Virus record (IMG/VR): IMGVR_UViG_3300017914_001834
Span: 1-25,810 of that record
Source of the DNA: a virus
Taxonomy: Duplodnaviria; Caudoviricetes
Direction: 5' to 3' (one strand)
DNA length: 25,810 nucleotides
Part shown: positions 1-8,928 of the stretch, piece after piece
Layout of the letters: each line of letters begins with the position of its first letter
Numbering within the stretch: position 1 is the first letter of the stretch
Notes under the pieces: model-generated
The model's input: only the letters and a program-made list of their open reading frames with translations
Told to the model about the DNA's origin: nothing
Database searches by the model: none
Position numbers and translations under genes: made by a program

Positions 1-496
1 AGCTTGGTTGAGATATTTCCAAATTCCGAGAGTCCAATGAACGATTGCTCACACTGGTTAGACCACTGGTCGCAGGGCCTTGAATGCACAGCAGTTCAAC
101 GGTGATGTTTGATATTCCAGGGCGGACACTCTGCGCTGCAATACGCTTTTTGAAACGCCACCGACTATTGGCTAATCGTCTCTGAAGTTCATTACTGCCG
201 GTCCATCCAACCCAAATGCCTACGTTCTGGTTTCGGGGCAGGGTGAAGCTGCCAAACGTCCCTGATTGACTTGCGTAAAACCGTAGGAACGAATGGGCGA
301 CAGCTTCATCAGGCTGGTTTGCATAGGTCAGGACCAGGGTGTCTAAGGTCTGCTTGACCCCGCGCATGATGCGGATCTCCTGGCCATTGATTGATTTGTA
401 TTTGTTGTTAGGAAAATCGCCGGGAATTATCTTCCTACCTTGAGGTGGAATGTTCGGGAAATTCGGGTAGTTAGGCCAGACGTAGTCAGTTTTCAT
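1..496 (-). CDS. Distal-tail (Dit/gpM-like) minor tail protein, 3'-truncated by the window edge (>165 aa)
   Basis: Absent from the ORF track because it has no stop in the window. ATG at 496 lies 2 nt after the stop of the 2542-aa gene. Hand translation is open to base 1: MKTDYVWPNYPNFPNIPPQGRKIIPGDFP...NGQEIRI...LVLTYAN...GTFGSFTLP...WRF...VRPGISNITVELL. This motif string recalls siphovirus Dit-like proteins. Confidence 0.75.
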   Translation of the reverse strand, partial: MKTDYVWPNYPNFPNIPPQGRKIIPGDFPNNKYKSINGQEIRIMRGVKQTLDTLVLTYANQPDEAVAHSFLRFYASQSGTFGSFTLPRNQNVGIWVGWTGSNELQRRLANSRWRFKKRIAAQSVRPGISNITVELLCIQGPATSGLTSVSNRSLDSRNLEISQPS

Positions 497-498
497 GG

Positions 499-3400
499 TT
501 ATTGTTGGTACTCTCCAGGCTGAAGAATTCGGTACGAAGGGTCGTAGGTCCGGGCGTACCAAATTTGAATAGGTAGGGGATAGTATCTTTGTCCATAGGA
601 TTCAGGGCTGTAAAAGTCGCCTTTTGAACCGAATTTTTGATATAGCAGGTTATCAACCTTCTCTTGATACCCAGGATCATCCGCCCACCATGAAGGGTAA
701 ACGTCTGAATTAAAAGACCAATAGTAGAATTGTTGATAGCCTTCTTGATGGATGGTTAGGTCGCTTGTATTGCTGCCACTCTTTGTTTGAGGCCGTAGGA
801 AGGCAGGTTCAATACCAAAGTTCTTTTGCTCTCTTTCGGCCATCCTGGCCATCCCAGGCTGCTTACTTAACGTCTCACGTAGGCCCCACTTTTTGTGAAT
901 ATGCGTTCCCCAAGCTATCAACCAGCGTCCTACACCTCCATCTCTATCATTACAGAATTTGATTGAAGGATCGTTATCATACTGGTACTTGGTTATCCCA
1001 TAGTCCTGCTCAAAAAAGACGAGAGAGTTGTTTACTTCGACTTCGTCTGAATTGCCAGGCTCGAAACTTCTAATAAACTCTTCGTTCCCAAAGCTAGGTG
1101 GTAAATACTTTCCGGACTCGGCGTATGTGCAGTCCCTATAGCCGTTCGGTCCTGACGGGGGCTCTGGTATAGGCGTGCCTGGAATCTGACCAGTCGAGGT
1201 TATGAAGTATGCCTGCTCTCCATCCAGGTAGTTCCAGTAAACGAGTTCGCCCTCCCACTGAGGGGGTAGAGGGAAATCTCGTGTAGAAGCTTGCCCAAGA
1301 TTTCTATGCTTTTTCAATGCATCCTGTTTCCACTTTTTGTAGACCTCTAGTCCTCGGAAGGGATCCTTGTCGGCTATCCACTCCTTCTTTTTAGTTCGCT
1401 TGTTTTCTATCCAGTCCCCTAATATCAGCGTGCAGTAACCTTCTTCATTCATAACAATTCGGGTGCCTGGCCCTATTCTTGTTTTCTTGAATGAGGCATT
1501 GGGCTCATTGGTGAAGCCGAAACATCCGGGGTAACCTCCAACTTGGTTGTACCAGTTGTAGTAGCCGTCTTCGTCGACATCTGAGTTTGTGAAAAAAGTG
1601 TAGTTAGTGCTGATGAACTTGTAATCATCGACTTGACTTAGAGGTACGGTGTAACCGTAGCTTCCTCCTCGAATATAAACTCCAAGCTTGTTAATAGTTT
1701 CGTCCTCGAAGGGTGTTACGAACTTTGTTTTGATGTTGGGGTCGTGGTAAAAGAAAGTTGGCTCACCGCTAGTGTTATAGAATCTCTGGAAATACGGACT
1801 TCCTATGAGGGTAAAATTGTTATCGTCGATGTTGTTTAGACCCGGATCTAGAGGTTCATCTCTGATCTCTTCAGGATTGCCCATGCCGCTGCCACGCTTA
1901 TAGCAGCGAACACATTGCCATTCAACATAACCCCGTTCTGCGCCAGTATCGGCGTCGGGTCTTTGAACATCCGCACGACAGATAGGGCTCCATTCCAAGA
2001 TACCGACAGGAGCATGAAAGTCTCCACGAGCACCTAAACCCTCTGGAGGGCGGCCGTAACTATCGATAAATGACCATTCAAAATCGCCACCTTCTATTGG
2101 CTCTAATGGATTATTATTCTCGGCTAATTCCATGAAGTATTTATGCCCGGCCTCTGTGTAAAAACAGGGTTCTCCGTCAACCGCATAGGATTTTAGTCCT
2201 CCATCCGTTAGTTGGGTCTGATACCCTGTCCGTGCTACACCCCCGTTAAAACTTCCACCGGCATAAGCCGCACACATGTGCCATTTGGTGTTTTTATTAC
2301 TTTCTGAAAGAATATCGTAATAGTATGGAACGGATTCTCCATACCAGTACTGATACCATTCTTCGATAGTAAATAGCTTGAAGTGAGAGATAATATCCCA
2401 TTGTCCTAGATTGAATCGCTCGTTGGATAAGTCTCTATCTCTGGACCCTTCGTACTCCATATCCTCATACCAATCCTGGTAGTCGTCGCACAGTCCTTTT
2501 AAGGCGTTGGGCATGCGGTCATCAAATATGACTTCTTGATCTTCAACGCCGGGTATGTCTTCGAATCTCCTGTAGCGGAAATACTTGATCACCTTTAGCG
2601 CGCCGAAATCGCGCATCGCTTGCGCACAACCGAGAAAGTAGTCAATGTTTGGCCAGGCTAAATTTCTGGGACGAGTAGTTTCTACTATGTACTGTTGCCA
2701 CCAATCGGCCTCGGGATACCCAAGCGAGTAAGGGTGGACAACAACCTTTTGACTTAGAGTCGCATTCCATCCAGTAATTGTAGGTTTATTGGCATTAAAA
2801 TTAGGAGGTTCTGCAAACCGGCTTCCGCAATTCTCGTCTTCAGGTCCAATGCTAATGCCGCAGCTGCGAGCACTATTCATGATATGGGTTGTAATAGTGT
2901 TGTTAGTTCCTCCCCTATTTGAAGATGAATAGTAGTAAACATAAGGGCTAGGTGCCGATTGGCCGATTTCAGCATTTGCTCTAAATACAAGTAAGCGACC
3001 GTTTGCATTTCTATAAAAGTAGTACGTGATATATCCCAATATCCCGTTTGGCGCGCTAGCACTCATTTGAACATTGGCTACGAGACCGTAATCGCTAATA
3101 GTATTCTGGTTGGGGGTAAAGGGAATAATCCTGGTGTCCTCATAGATATTTCCTTGATTGGTGATTTGCGGCACTTGGTAAAAGCGGACGATTTCTCCGT
3201 TCTCATCCCTAGAGACGAGCTGCTCATTCGGTGGGTGCCAAATACATGGAACTAGCTCGACACCGGGTGCTGTCTGCGCGCAACCCCAAAATGGGTACTG
3301 GGTGAGGCCTGAGAAGGCATAGGTTGCCCAATAACTATTTTGTAAATTGGGAATGTTACTTATGTTGCCTTGCCAATGCTTAATCCATGTCCCGTATTCG

Positions 3401-6400
3401 TACTCGTAGGGCTCGGTCGGTACAGCGTCACCTTCGGCCAAACTTCCAAGCCCTGTCTCGATCTCTCCACTTGAGTCCGCCCCAATAATTGAATACCCCA
3501 CATCGCCGTTGCGGTCTAGGAGTTCATTCAGCTGTTCGTTTCCTTCAAGACTTACGAAGGCATTGACATCCACAAAACTTTGATTGTCTGCTTGATACTG
3601 CGTTGGGGGAAATTGATTATCCTCTTGTTCACCAACGACCGTAATTCCACAATTACCACCAGGTGTATTTCCACGGCTTACTGGATAGATTGAGGCGTTG
3701 ACCGTGACAACTCCCTCATCATCGATCTCGATTTGGTCTACTTGGTATGTTTGCGCAGCATCTTCTGTGTTGTTATAGGCGTCACACGTACTATATGCCG
3801 CTCCATAGATAGCCAGAATTGATCCTCCAGTAGCACAGCCGCCGCCGCATGCTTCATCTGTGGCTGTAACTTGCCCGTATCCGTTTACATAGACGATGCC
3901 GGACCTGACTTCTGATTCCCCTATATCCCAGATATGCGCGTAGTACTGACCAGGACCTAATCTTGGCCCACTCATTCGTACCGTTCCATCGCTTTGAATT
4001 ACCCCAGTGCGGCTTGGCAGGTTTGGATTGGTCCTTGAAAACACCAATATGAAGTCGCCGGGCTCGACGTTCCGCATCATTTCCGGGGTTGTCTGGAACT
4101 CGATTCGGCTTGTGACTCGTCGACGCAAACTCAAGAAATATCGCCCGATCTGGATCGCGTGGTTCTGAGTGGTGACGTAGTCCGTTAAATCGAATTCTTC
4201 GATAGGCACATTCCCGATCTCGTCCGAGTAGTACACCATCACTGTCCGGTCTACCGGTAGCTGGTTCTTCTCTGATACCCGATAACGCATCAACGCTTTA
4301 AAGGGCTTTCGCTCGTCCTCGTCAATCCAGCTGACTTTCAGGGTACCGTCCAAAATGTTCGAGTCCGTGAAGACTCCGCTGTACGCGACTTTCGTCTCTA
4401 CTCCAGTGGACTTATCTACAGGCACTGCTGGGCGGAGGGCGAACATTCCGTTCGATACCGCGAAATTCAGCATGTAGATCGGGGCTTGCTGCGATATCCA
4501 GTCACGTAGATTCACTCGATTCGTTAGGGGGCCGTCAAACGTGAACCCCTTCGAATCCACGAATTTGGCTGCGGCACGCATCCATTCCCAATCAATCAGT
4601 TCGTTCTTGACGATGTCTCCATAACCGTATTCAGCGTTTGTCAGCAGCCAGCAAGCTACGTCAACAAAATTGTTGCTCGCTTTGATCGTTGAATACTTGA
4701 TGTCCCCACCCGTTCCTGTAGACGTGGCGACCTCGGGGATGGCAATTCCTTCAGCGCACCACACGCGCGGCTGATCCATTGACCCGAACTTCCGCGTTGC
4801 ACGCATGTTCAGGCCGAACATCGTCATGTTCGTGTATGGAATTAATTCTGATAGGGCTAGGGATTCATTGACATATGTCACTTCATGCTCAGGCGCGCTA
4901 TCGCTACTCCTACTGATCAGACCGTCCCAATAAGTACCTTCTGTCACTTGGGTGACGGTTTCCCAGACATACCAAGGTGTACCGGGGTTATCAACACAAG
5001 TTTCCCGCTGCTCGTAGCACTTCCCGTCCCCGTCTGGTCCAGTAATGTTTCGGAGTGATCGAGTCTTTCGTCCTACGCCTGCTCCCCAATCCGTTTCATC
5101 ATCTGCAGCGGCTAAGTCCGAAATCAGCGCTCTCTGCTCTCTCATCTGCCTGAGGTAGTCTTCATCCCCTTCCTCTTCATCTCGGCAGATCTCAAACCAG
5201 GCTGTACCACCGTTTTCGAGACTTCCTTCAGGAATATCGTTTCCGAATCTTTGGGGACCCTTTTTCCAACCCTGAGTATCCCCATCCCAGTCTTCACCGT
5301 CCTCGCCGCAACTGCCGAATGAACGACGATCCGGTGGGATATACGTCCGGCAAGATTCACCCTCGTCAAATTCTTCGGGATCTGCATACCGGATCTTTAC
5401 GCCAGTTCTGAGTACTCGGGTTGTGTCCACGTCGTCAGTGACGTACTCGGTTTCAAAGAAACACGTCTGTGGCCCGGAGCCTCCACCGCTGCCTCCACCA
5501 CTGCCTCCTCCTCCTGAAGGTGGACACGTAACTTCAACAGTCTCGTTCTTACATGTCTGAGTAACCACCTTCTGCCCTTCCATTAGATCGGACTGCAGGA
5601 TGTCCTTTGTTTTTACGAGCTCGGCATTTGTTTTGACTGTGATATTTCCAAAATTAGGCGCATCGAAATTGCCCGAGACAATTCCAACTCGGGACGGCCC
5701 GGCCAACATCCAGGCTGTTTCAAACCAGTCAGGCAGACTTCCTCTGAATTCGGGGTGGTGGTAACGCGCAATTTCTGTGCCGGGGACTGGCACCATGCGG
5801 TATTCGAGCTTCTCGTCACTCCCCGTGTAGAACCGAAGGTAGTTGTATTGATCGGTGGGTCGAGACCCTCGCACAGTGAAGAGTTGGGGAATCATTCCCC
5901 AGGGGTTTTCGTCGGATGTCCCTGCCTTACGAACCTGAACAACAAAGAATGAGAAGCGCGTAAAATATAGATTGTAAAATCCGTTGTTGACAATAATGTT
6001 CTTGTCGTCAAATTTGTTTTGCTCTTCTGGTGTTGGCAGAGAGTTGAAGTTTGCCAGCCCGTTCATTTGAGCCCAGACATTACTCTTGATGCCGATCTCG
6101 GTGGCAGAAGTGGGTCGACTATTACGCACTACTGCCAGTGAAGTCCGCAGTAGCGGTGTCCACCATGTTGGGACGTGGTTGCTCGCGTCGATTACTTGTC
6201 CATCATTGGGACTATCCTCTTTCAGCCATTCCTTGTTGACGATGCCTACGTCGTTAGAAATGGTGATCTCTTCCATCTCCATTTCGATGACTTGCTCTCC
6301 TCCCACTCCGCCTGAGTCCGGATTAAAGGGAGCCCCGTCTGCTGTCCTGACCTCAATGTCGTAGACCGCAGGTAGGCCGTATTTGTCATCATCGTCAAAG

Positions 6401-8127
6401 TCCCAGCTGGTTTGGGTCTGGATTCTGGGCTTGCCTGCACGGAACCTAAATTCGTAAAAAGAGCCGCTGCCTTTTGGGTATTCAACTCTCTTCTTGATTT
6501 CACGACGGGCTACATCTCCGTCTTTACCGAGGTCGAAACTTGAGTAGTCGTCAACCTTGATAAAAATTTGCTGGTCCTCGAAGAACCAGTGCTCTCGGGA
6601 ATCAGTAAGGCTTGAACCAGGGTTGAATACGTTGACCCCACTGATGGTTCTACATCCTGGAGCTGTATTGCCCGCTAACTTGTCATTCCTGCGGTCGCAG
6701 TCTTCTTGTACACCCTCAAAAACTTTGTTGCTGCCAGTGTCTGAATCTGCGGTCTCTTCTTCAACCCTGAAAATAGGGATGCTTCTGTTCGTAATCCGCC
6801 ATATCGTTGTCCCGATCTGTACTTCGTCACCTAGCTGTAATTGATCGTCAGCTCCTTCTCTGTCCTCTTTTGAAACACTGTTGATATCTTTTGCGTTGAC
6901 ACCAGCCCCAAAGCTTTTGCTGTACTTATCCGAAAGGATGACAAACTTACTCTTGGAATTCTCATTACAGCCAGCTAGTTGACGGGCTTTGACTGAGGTT
7001 TGGCCATCAACCTCGGTTAAGGCCATGAAGCGAGACCAGGCTCGTCCTGCTGTTGGTTTTGGATTGGCGGGACCCCATACTTTTTGGCGCTCTGCTTTGT
7101 TCCGATCGTCTTGGTCGTCCTCGGTGTCTTTCGGCCTACTGATCTGTCGCCAATTCAATCGACGGTCCGCTCCATTCAAAATGGGCGAGTAGACGCCGAA
7201 TGATGTTTGGCTTGATGGCGAGTACGCCATTGAAAAGGCGAGCTCGGTGTCGTCTGCGTCTGTTCCGTCCGGTGCGGTGTAGACCTCTTGACCGTTCCGC
7301 TGATCGAGGGATCCGCTTGTTCCCCTCTGCCCATAAATCAGGTCCGTCCCTTGGATTCGGCAGACTTCGCCCCCAGCTGCGTTCCAGTAAACGTTGTAAT
7401 CGTTCTCGTACAGCGTGTCTAGCGGGGACTGCCCTAGCCATATGGAGGTCAGTTCAGGTGTGGTCAGTTCGGGGCAGCCAGCTACATACAAAGACCAGAG
7501 CACTTGCGTATGGCCGTAGCTCAATACTCGGGACCACACCAGCTTGGGCGCAATCAGACTTCCGCCCGACCATGTCGGACCTGGGCCATCGGACTCGGTG
7601 ACGAAGGTGCGGCTTCCTCCTAATTGAGGCTGCTTGAATTGATCACCCGTTTTGTATGACCCAAATACAAGGGGGACAACTTCCCCGTAACTGGCTAGAT
7701 CCGAGAGCGATTGAAAGCCGAACGTGGGGTTGAATCGACTGGTGCCACTGGCGCTATCCAGCGTGCGACTTCCACTGCTGCTTTGCTTTTGCTGCTTGAA
7801 TTTCGGGGCCGGCGGTGGCTTGGGTTTGGGAGCTAGGGCTTGGGCAGCCACTGTGAACAGGGTCCCAACAACCAGGGTCACCACAACCGTGGCTACAAAG
7901 CCGTTCTGAATATCGGGGATGTTTCTGTAGGCTGCCTCACGCTCTTCAAATCCCTTTCGATATACCTCTTGTCTGAAAAACTGGTACTCCTCCGCAGAGA
8001 TGCCCAGCATCTCGATCATGGAGCGTTCGTACGGCAGTAACGGTATGCGCGCGAGATGGGGACCAACGTACTTGGGGTCCAGATGACTCGTTGCGAGGGA
8101 TGAACTGTTAGAAGCCCTGTTCGCCAC
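499..8127 (-). CDS. Large tail-tip hub / central fibre (lambda gpJ-like, phage-tail_3-like) with a long C-terminal extension, 2542 aa
   Basis: Follows the TMP, gpL-like and NlpC genes. It has an N-terminal hydrophobic segment (FVATVVVTLVVGTLFTVAA), 'LASYGEVVPLVFG', 'NNFVDVACWLLTNAEYGYG', 'FDGPLTNRVNLRDWI' and 'EPGDFILV', typical of J-like hubs. GTG start has GGAG 4 nt upstream. Confidence 0.8.
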   Translation of the reverse strand: MANRASNSSSLATSHLDPKYVGPHLARIPLLPYERSMIEMLGISAEEYQFFRQEVYRKGFEEREAAYRNIPDIQNGFVATVVVTLVVGTLFTVAAQALAPKPKPPPAPKFKQQKQSSSGSRTLDSASGTSRFNPTFGFQSLSDLASYGEVVPLVFGSYKTGDQFKQPQLGGSRTFVTESDGPGPTWSGGSLIAPKLVWSRVLSYGHTQVLWSLYVAGCPELTTPELTSIWLGQSPLDTLYENDYNVYWNAAGGEVCRIQGTDLIYGQRGTSGSLDQRNGQEVYTAPDGTDADDTELAFSMAYSPSSQTSFGVYSPILNGADRRLNWRQISRPKDTEDDQDDRNKAERQKVWGPANPKPTAGRAWSRFMALTEVDGQTSVKARQLAGCNENSKSKFVILSDKYSKSFGAGVNAKDINSVSKEDREGADDQLQLGDEVQIGTTIWRITNRSIPIFRVEEETADSDTGSNKVFEGVQEDCDRRNDKLAGNTAPGCRTISGVNVFNPGSSLTDSREHWFFEDQQIFIKVDDYSSFDLGKDGDVARREIKKRVEYPKGSGSFYEFRFRAGKPRIQTQTSWDFDDDDKYGLPAVYDIEVRTADGAPFNPDSGGVGGEQVIEMEMEEITISNDVGIVNKEWLKEDSPNDGQVIDASNHVPTWWTPLLRTSLAVVRNSRPTSATEIGIKSNVWAQMNGLANFNSLPTPEEQNKFDDKNIIVNNGFYNLYFTRFSFFVVQVRKAGTSDENPWGMIPQLFTVRGSRPTDQYNYLRFYTGSDEKLEYRMVPVPGTEIARYHHPEFRGSLPDWFETAWMLAGPSRVGIVSGNFDAPNFGNITVKTNAELVKTKDILQSDLMEGQKVVTQTCKNETVEVTCPPSGGGGSGGGSGGGSGPQTCFFETEYVTDDVDTTRVLRTGVKIRYADPEEFDEGESCRTYIPPDRRSFGSCGEDGEDWDGDTQGWKKGPQRFGNDIPEGSLENGGTAWFEICRDEEEGDEDYLRQMREQRALISDLAAADDETDWGAGVGRKTRSLRNITGPDGDGKCYEQRETCVDNPGTPWYVWETVTQVTEGTYWDGLISRSSDSAPEHEVTYVNESLALSELIPYTNMTMFGLNMRATRKFGSMDQPRVWCAEGIAIPEVATSTGTGGDIKYSTIKASNNFVDVACWLLTNAEYGYGDIVKNELIDWEWMRAAAKFVDSKGFTFDGPLTNRVNLRDWISQQAPIYMLNFAVSNGMFALRPAVPVDKSTGVETKVAYSGVFTDSNILDGTLKVSWIDEDERKPFKALMRYRVSEKNQLPVDRTVMVYYSDEIGNVPIEEFDLTDYVTTQNHAIQIGRYFLSLRRRVTSRIEFQTTPEMMRNVEPGDFILVFSRTNPNLPSRTGVIQSDGTVRMSGPRLGPGQYYAHIWDIGESEVRSGIVYVNGYGQVTATDEACGGGCATGGSILAIYGAAYSTCDAYNNTEDAAQTYQVDQIEIDDEGVVTVNASIYPVSRGNTPGGNCGITVVGEQEDNQFPPTQYQADNQSFVDVNAFVSLEGNEQLNELLDRNGDVGYSIIGADSSGEIETGLGSLAEGDAVPTEPYEYEYGTWIKHWQGNISNIPNLQNSYWATYAFSGLTQYPFWGCAQTAPGVELVPCIWHPPNEQLVSRDENGEIVRFYQVPQITNQGNIYEDTRIIPFTPNQNTISDYGLVANVQMSASAPNGILGYITYYFYRNANGRLLVFRANAEIGQSAPSPYVYYYSSSNRGGTNNTITTHIMNSARSCGISIGPEDENCGSRFAEPPNFNANKPTITGWNATLSQKVVVHPYSLGYPEADWWQQYIVETTRPRNLAWPNIDYFLGCAQAMRDFGALKVIKYFRYRRFEDIPGVEDQEVIFDDRMPNALKGLCDDYQDWYEDMEYEGSRDRDLSNERFNLGQWDIISHFKLFTIEEWYQYWYGESVPYYYDILSESNKNTKWHMCAAYAGGSFNGGVARTGYQTQLTDGGLKSYAVDGEPCFYTEAGHKYFMELAENNNPLEPIEGGDFEWSFIDSYGRPPEGLGARGDFHAPVGILEWSPICRADVQRPDADTGAERGYVEWQCVRCYKRGSGMGNPEEIRDEPLDPGLNNIDDNNFTLIGSPYFQRFYNTSGEPTFFYHDPNIKTKFVTPFEDETINKLGVYIRGGSYGYTVPLSQVDDYKFISTNYTFFTNSDVDEDGYYNWYNQVGGYPGCFGFTNEPNASFKKTRIGPGTRIVMNEEGYCTLILGDWIENKRTKKKEWIADKDPFRGLEVYKKWKQDALKKHRNLGQASTRDFPLPPQWEGELVYWNYLDGEQAYFITSTGQIPGTPIPEPPSGPNGYRDCTYAESGKYLPPSFGNEEFIRSFEPGNSDEVEVNNSLVFFEQDYGITKYQYDNDPSIKFCNDRDGGVGRWLIAWGTHIHKKWGLRETLSKQPGMARMAEREQKNFGIEPAFLRPQTKSGSNTSDLTIHQEGYQQFYYWSFNSDVYPSWWADDPGYQEKVDNLLYQKFGSKGDFYSPESYGQRYYPLPIQIWYARTYDPSYRILQPGEYQQ
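5471..5520 (-). repeat. Degenerate 12-bp repeat encoding a (GGGS)n flexible linker
   Basis: Encodes PSGGGGSGGGSGGGSGP inside the hub protein. Confidence 0.8.
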
Positions 8128-8396
8128 GTCACTCCAAACGACCAGCTTGTCTCCGGATCAGGGAGGACAATTATGTCCCCATCGTATCGAGGCCGGTCAA
8201 TCCTGATCCCCCAACTATTGATGTCCTTCAGTACTTCTCGCGCACTCGCGCCATACCAACTTTGTTTGAACTTTGGTGTTGGTACTTTCAGTACCTGTAA
8301 ACAGCCATAAACAAGATGAATACAGTCGATGTAGCCGTCGCTTCCGTCCCCGCCGTACCGGTAGCGCATCCCAAGGAATCGTTCACAGCCGGACAT
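8016..8396 (-). CDS. NlpC/P60-like tail assembly protein (gpK-like), probably degenerate
   Basis: 'LGMRYRYGG...IDCIHLVY' followed by 'DGDIIVL' is the NlpC/P60 N-terminal signature. Position is between the gpL-like gene and the hub. Confidence 0.75.
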   Translation of the reverse strand: MSGCERFLGMRYRYGGDGSDGYIDCIHLVYGCLQVLKVPTPKFKQSWYGASAREVLKDINSWGIRIDRPRYDGDIIVLPDPETSWSFGVTWRTGLLTVHPSQRVIWTPSTLVPISRAYRYCRTNAP

Positions 8397-8928
8397 TTGA
8401 ACTGATCGGTAATGGTCCCACGTTTGTCTTGCTTAAGTACTGCCACGGCACTTCACTCTCCACTGCATCCAGTACTGAGTTCAAACGCAAAATCACTGCT
8501 TGCTGATCCCAACCCCCTGAGGTCACTTGACCGATGTACGTGTACATGATATTCGCGTTGCTTGGGTTCCCTACGTCCACTTCTAAATTCAATACTCGAC
8601 CTAACCATCCCGAGTTGATCGCTGTTGTAGCCCACGGTCTCGATATCTCCGTGTTTGGTACTGCGATCTCGGTGCTTACGTTGTCACCACTTCGGTTCAG
8701 GCTGATCCCTGTGTACGTGAACGGCAGAAACGTGAAAATTCTCCCCTCTAACGTCGTGTTCCCTTCCACGTTGTAGTTCTGGAAGGAGAAGGATGCGTCA
8801 GGGCCGATCAAAACTAGACCCTGACCGAAGGCCATCGTTACCGATGGACGGCTTTCTTGGACTCCAAATCGAGTCTCTTCGACGATACTGTCGCCGTCTC
8901 CTGCTCTGTTGTACTTGAGGTCTGCCAT
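8383..8928 (-). CDS. Minor tail tip protein (gpL-like position), 181 aa
   Basis: Translationally coupled to the TMP stop (TAATG). Beta-rich, with 'FTFLPF' and 'LNSVLDAVESEVP' motifs. Called mainly by synteny. Confidence 0.6.
   Translation of the reverse strand: MADLKYNRAGDGDSIVEETRFGVQESRPSVTMAFGQGLVLIGPDASFSFQNYNVEGNTTLEGRIFTFLPFTYTGISLNRSGDNVSTEIAVPNTEISRPWATTAINSGWLGRVLNLEVDVGNPSNANIMYTYIGQVTSGGWDQQAVILRLNSVLDAVESEVPWQYLSKTNVGPLPISSNVRL

Noticed and set aside
499-900. Possible diversity-generating retroelement target at the hub C-terminus
   Set aside because: I see no reverse transcriptase, template repeat or adenine-specific repeat pair in the window.
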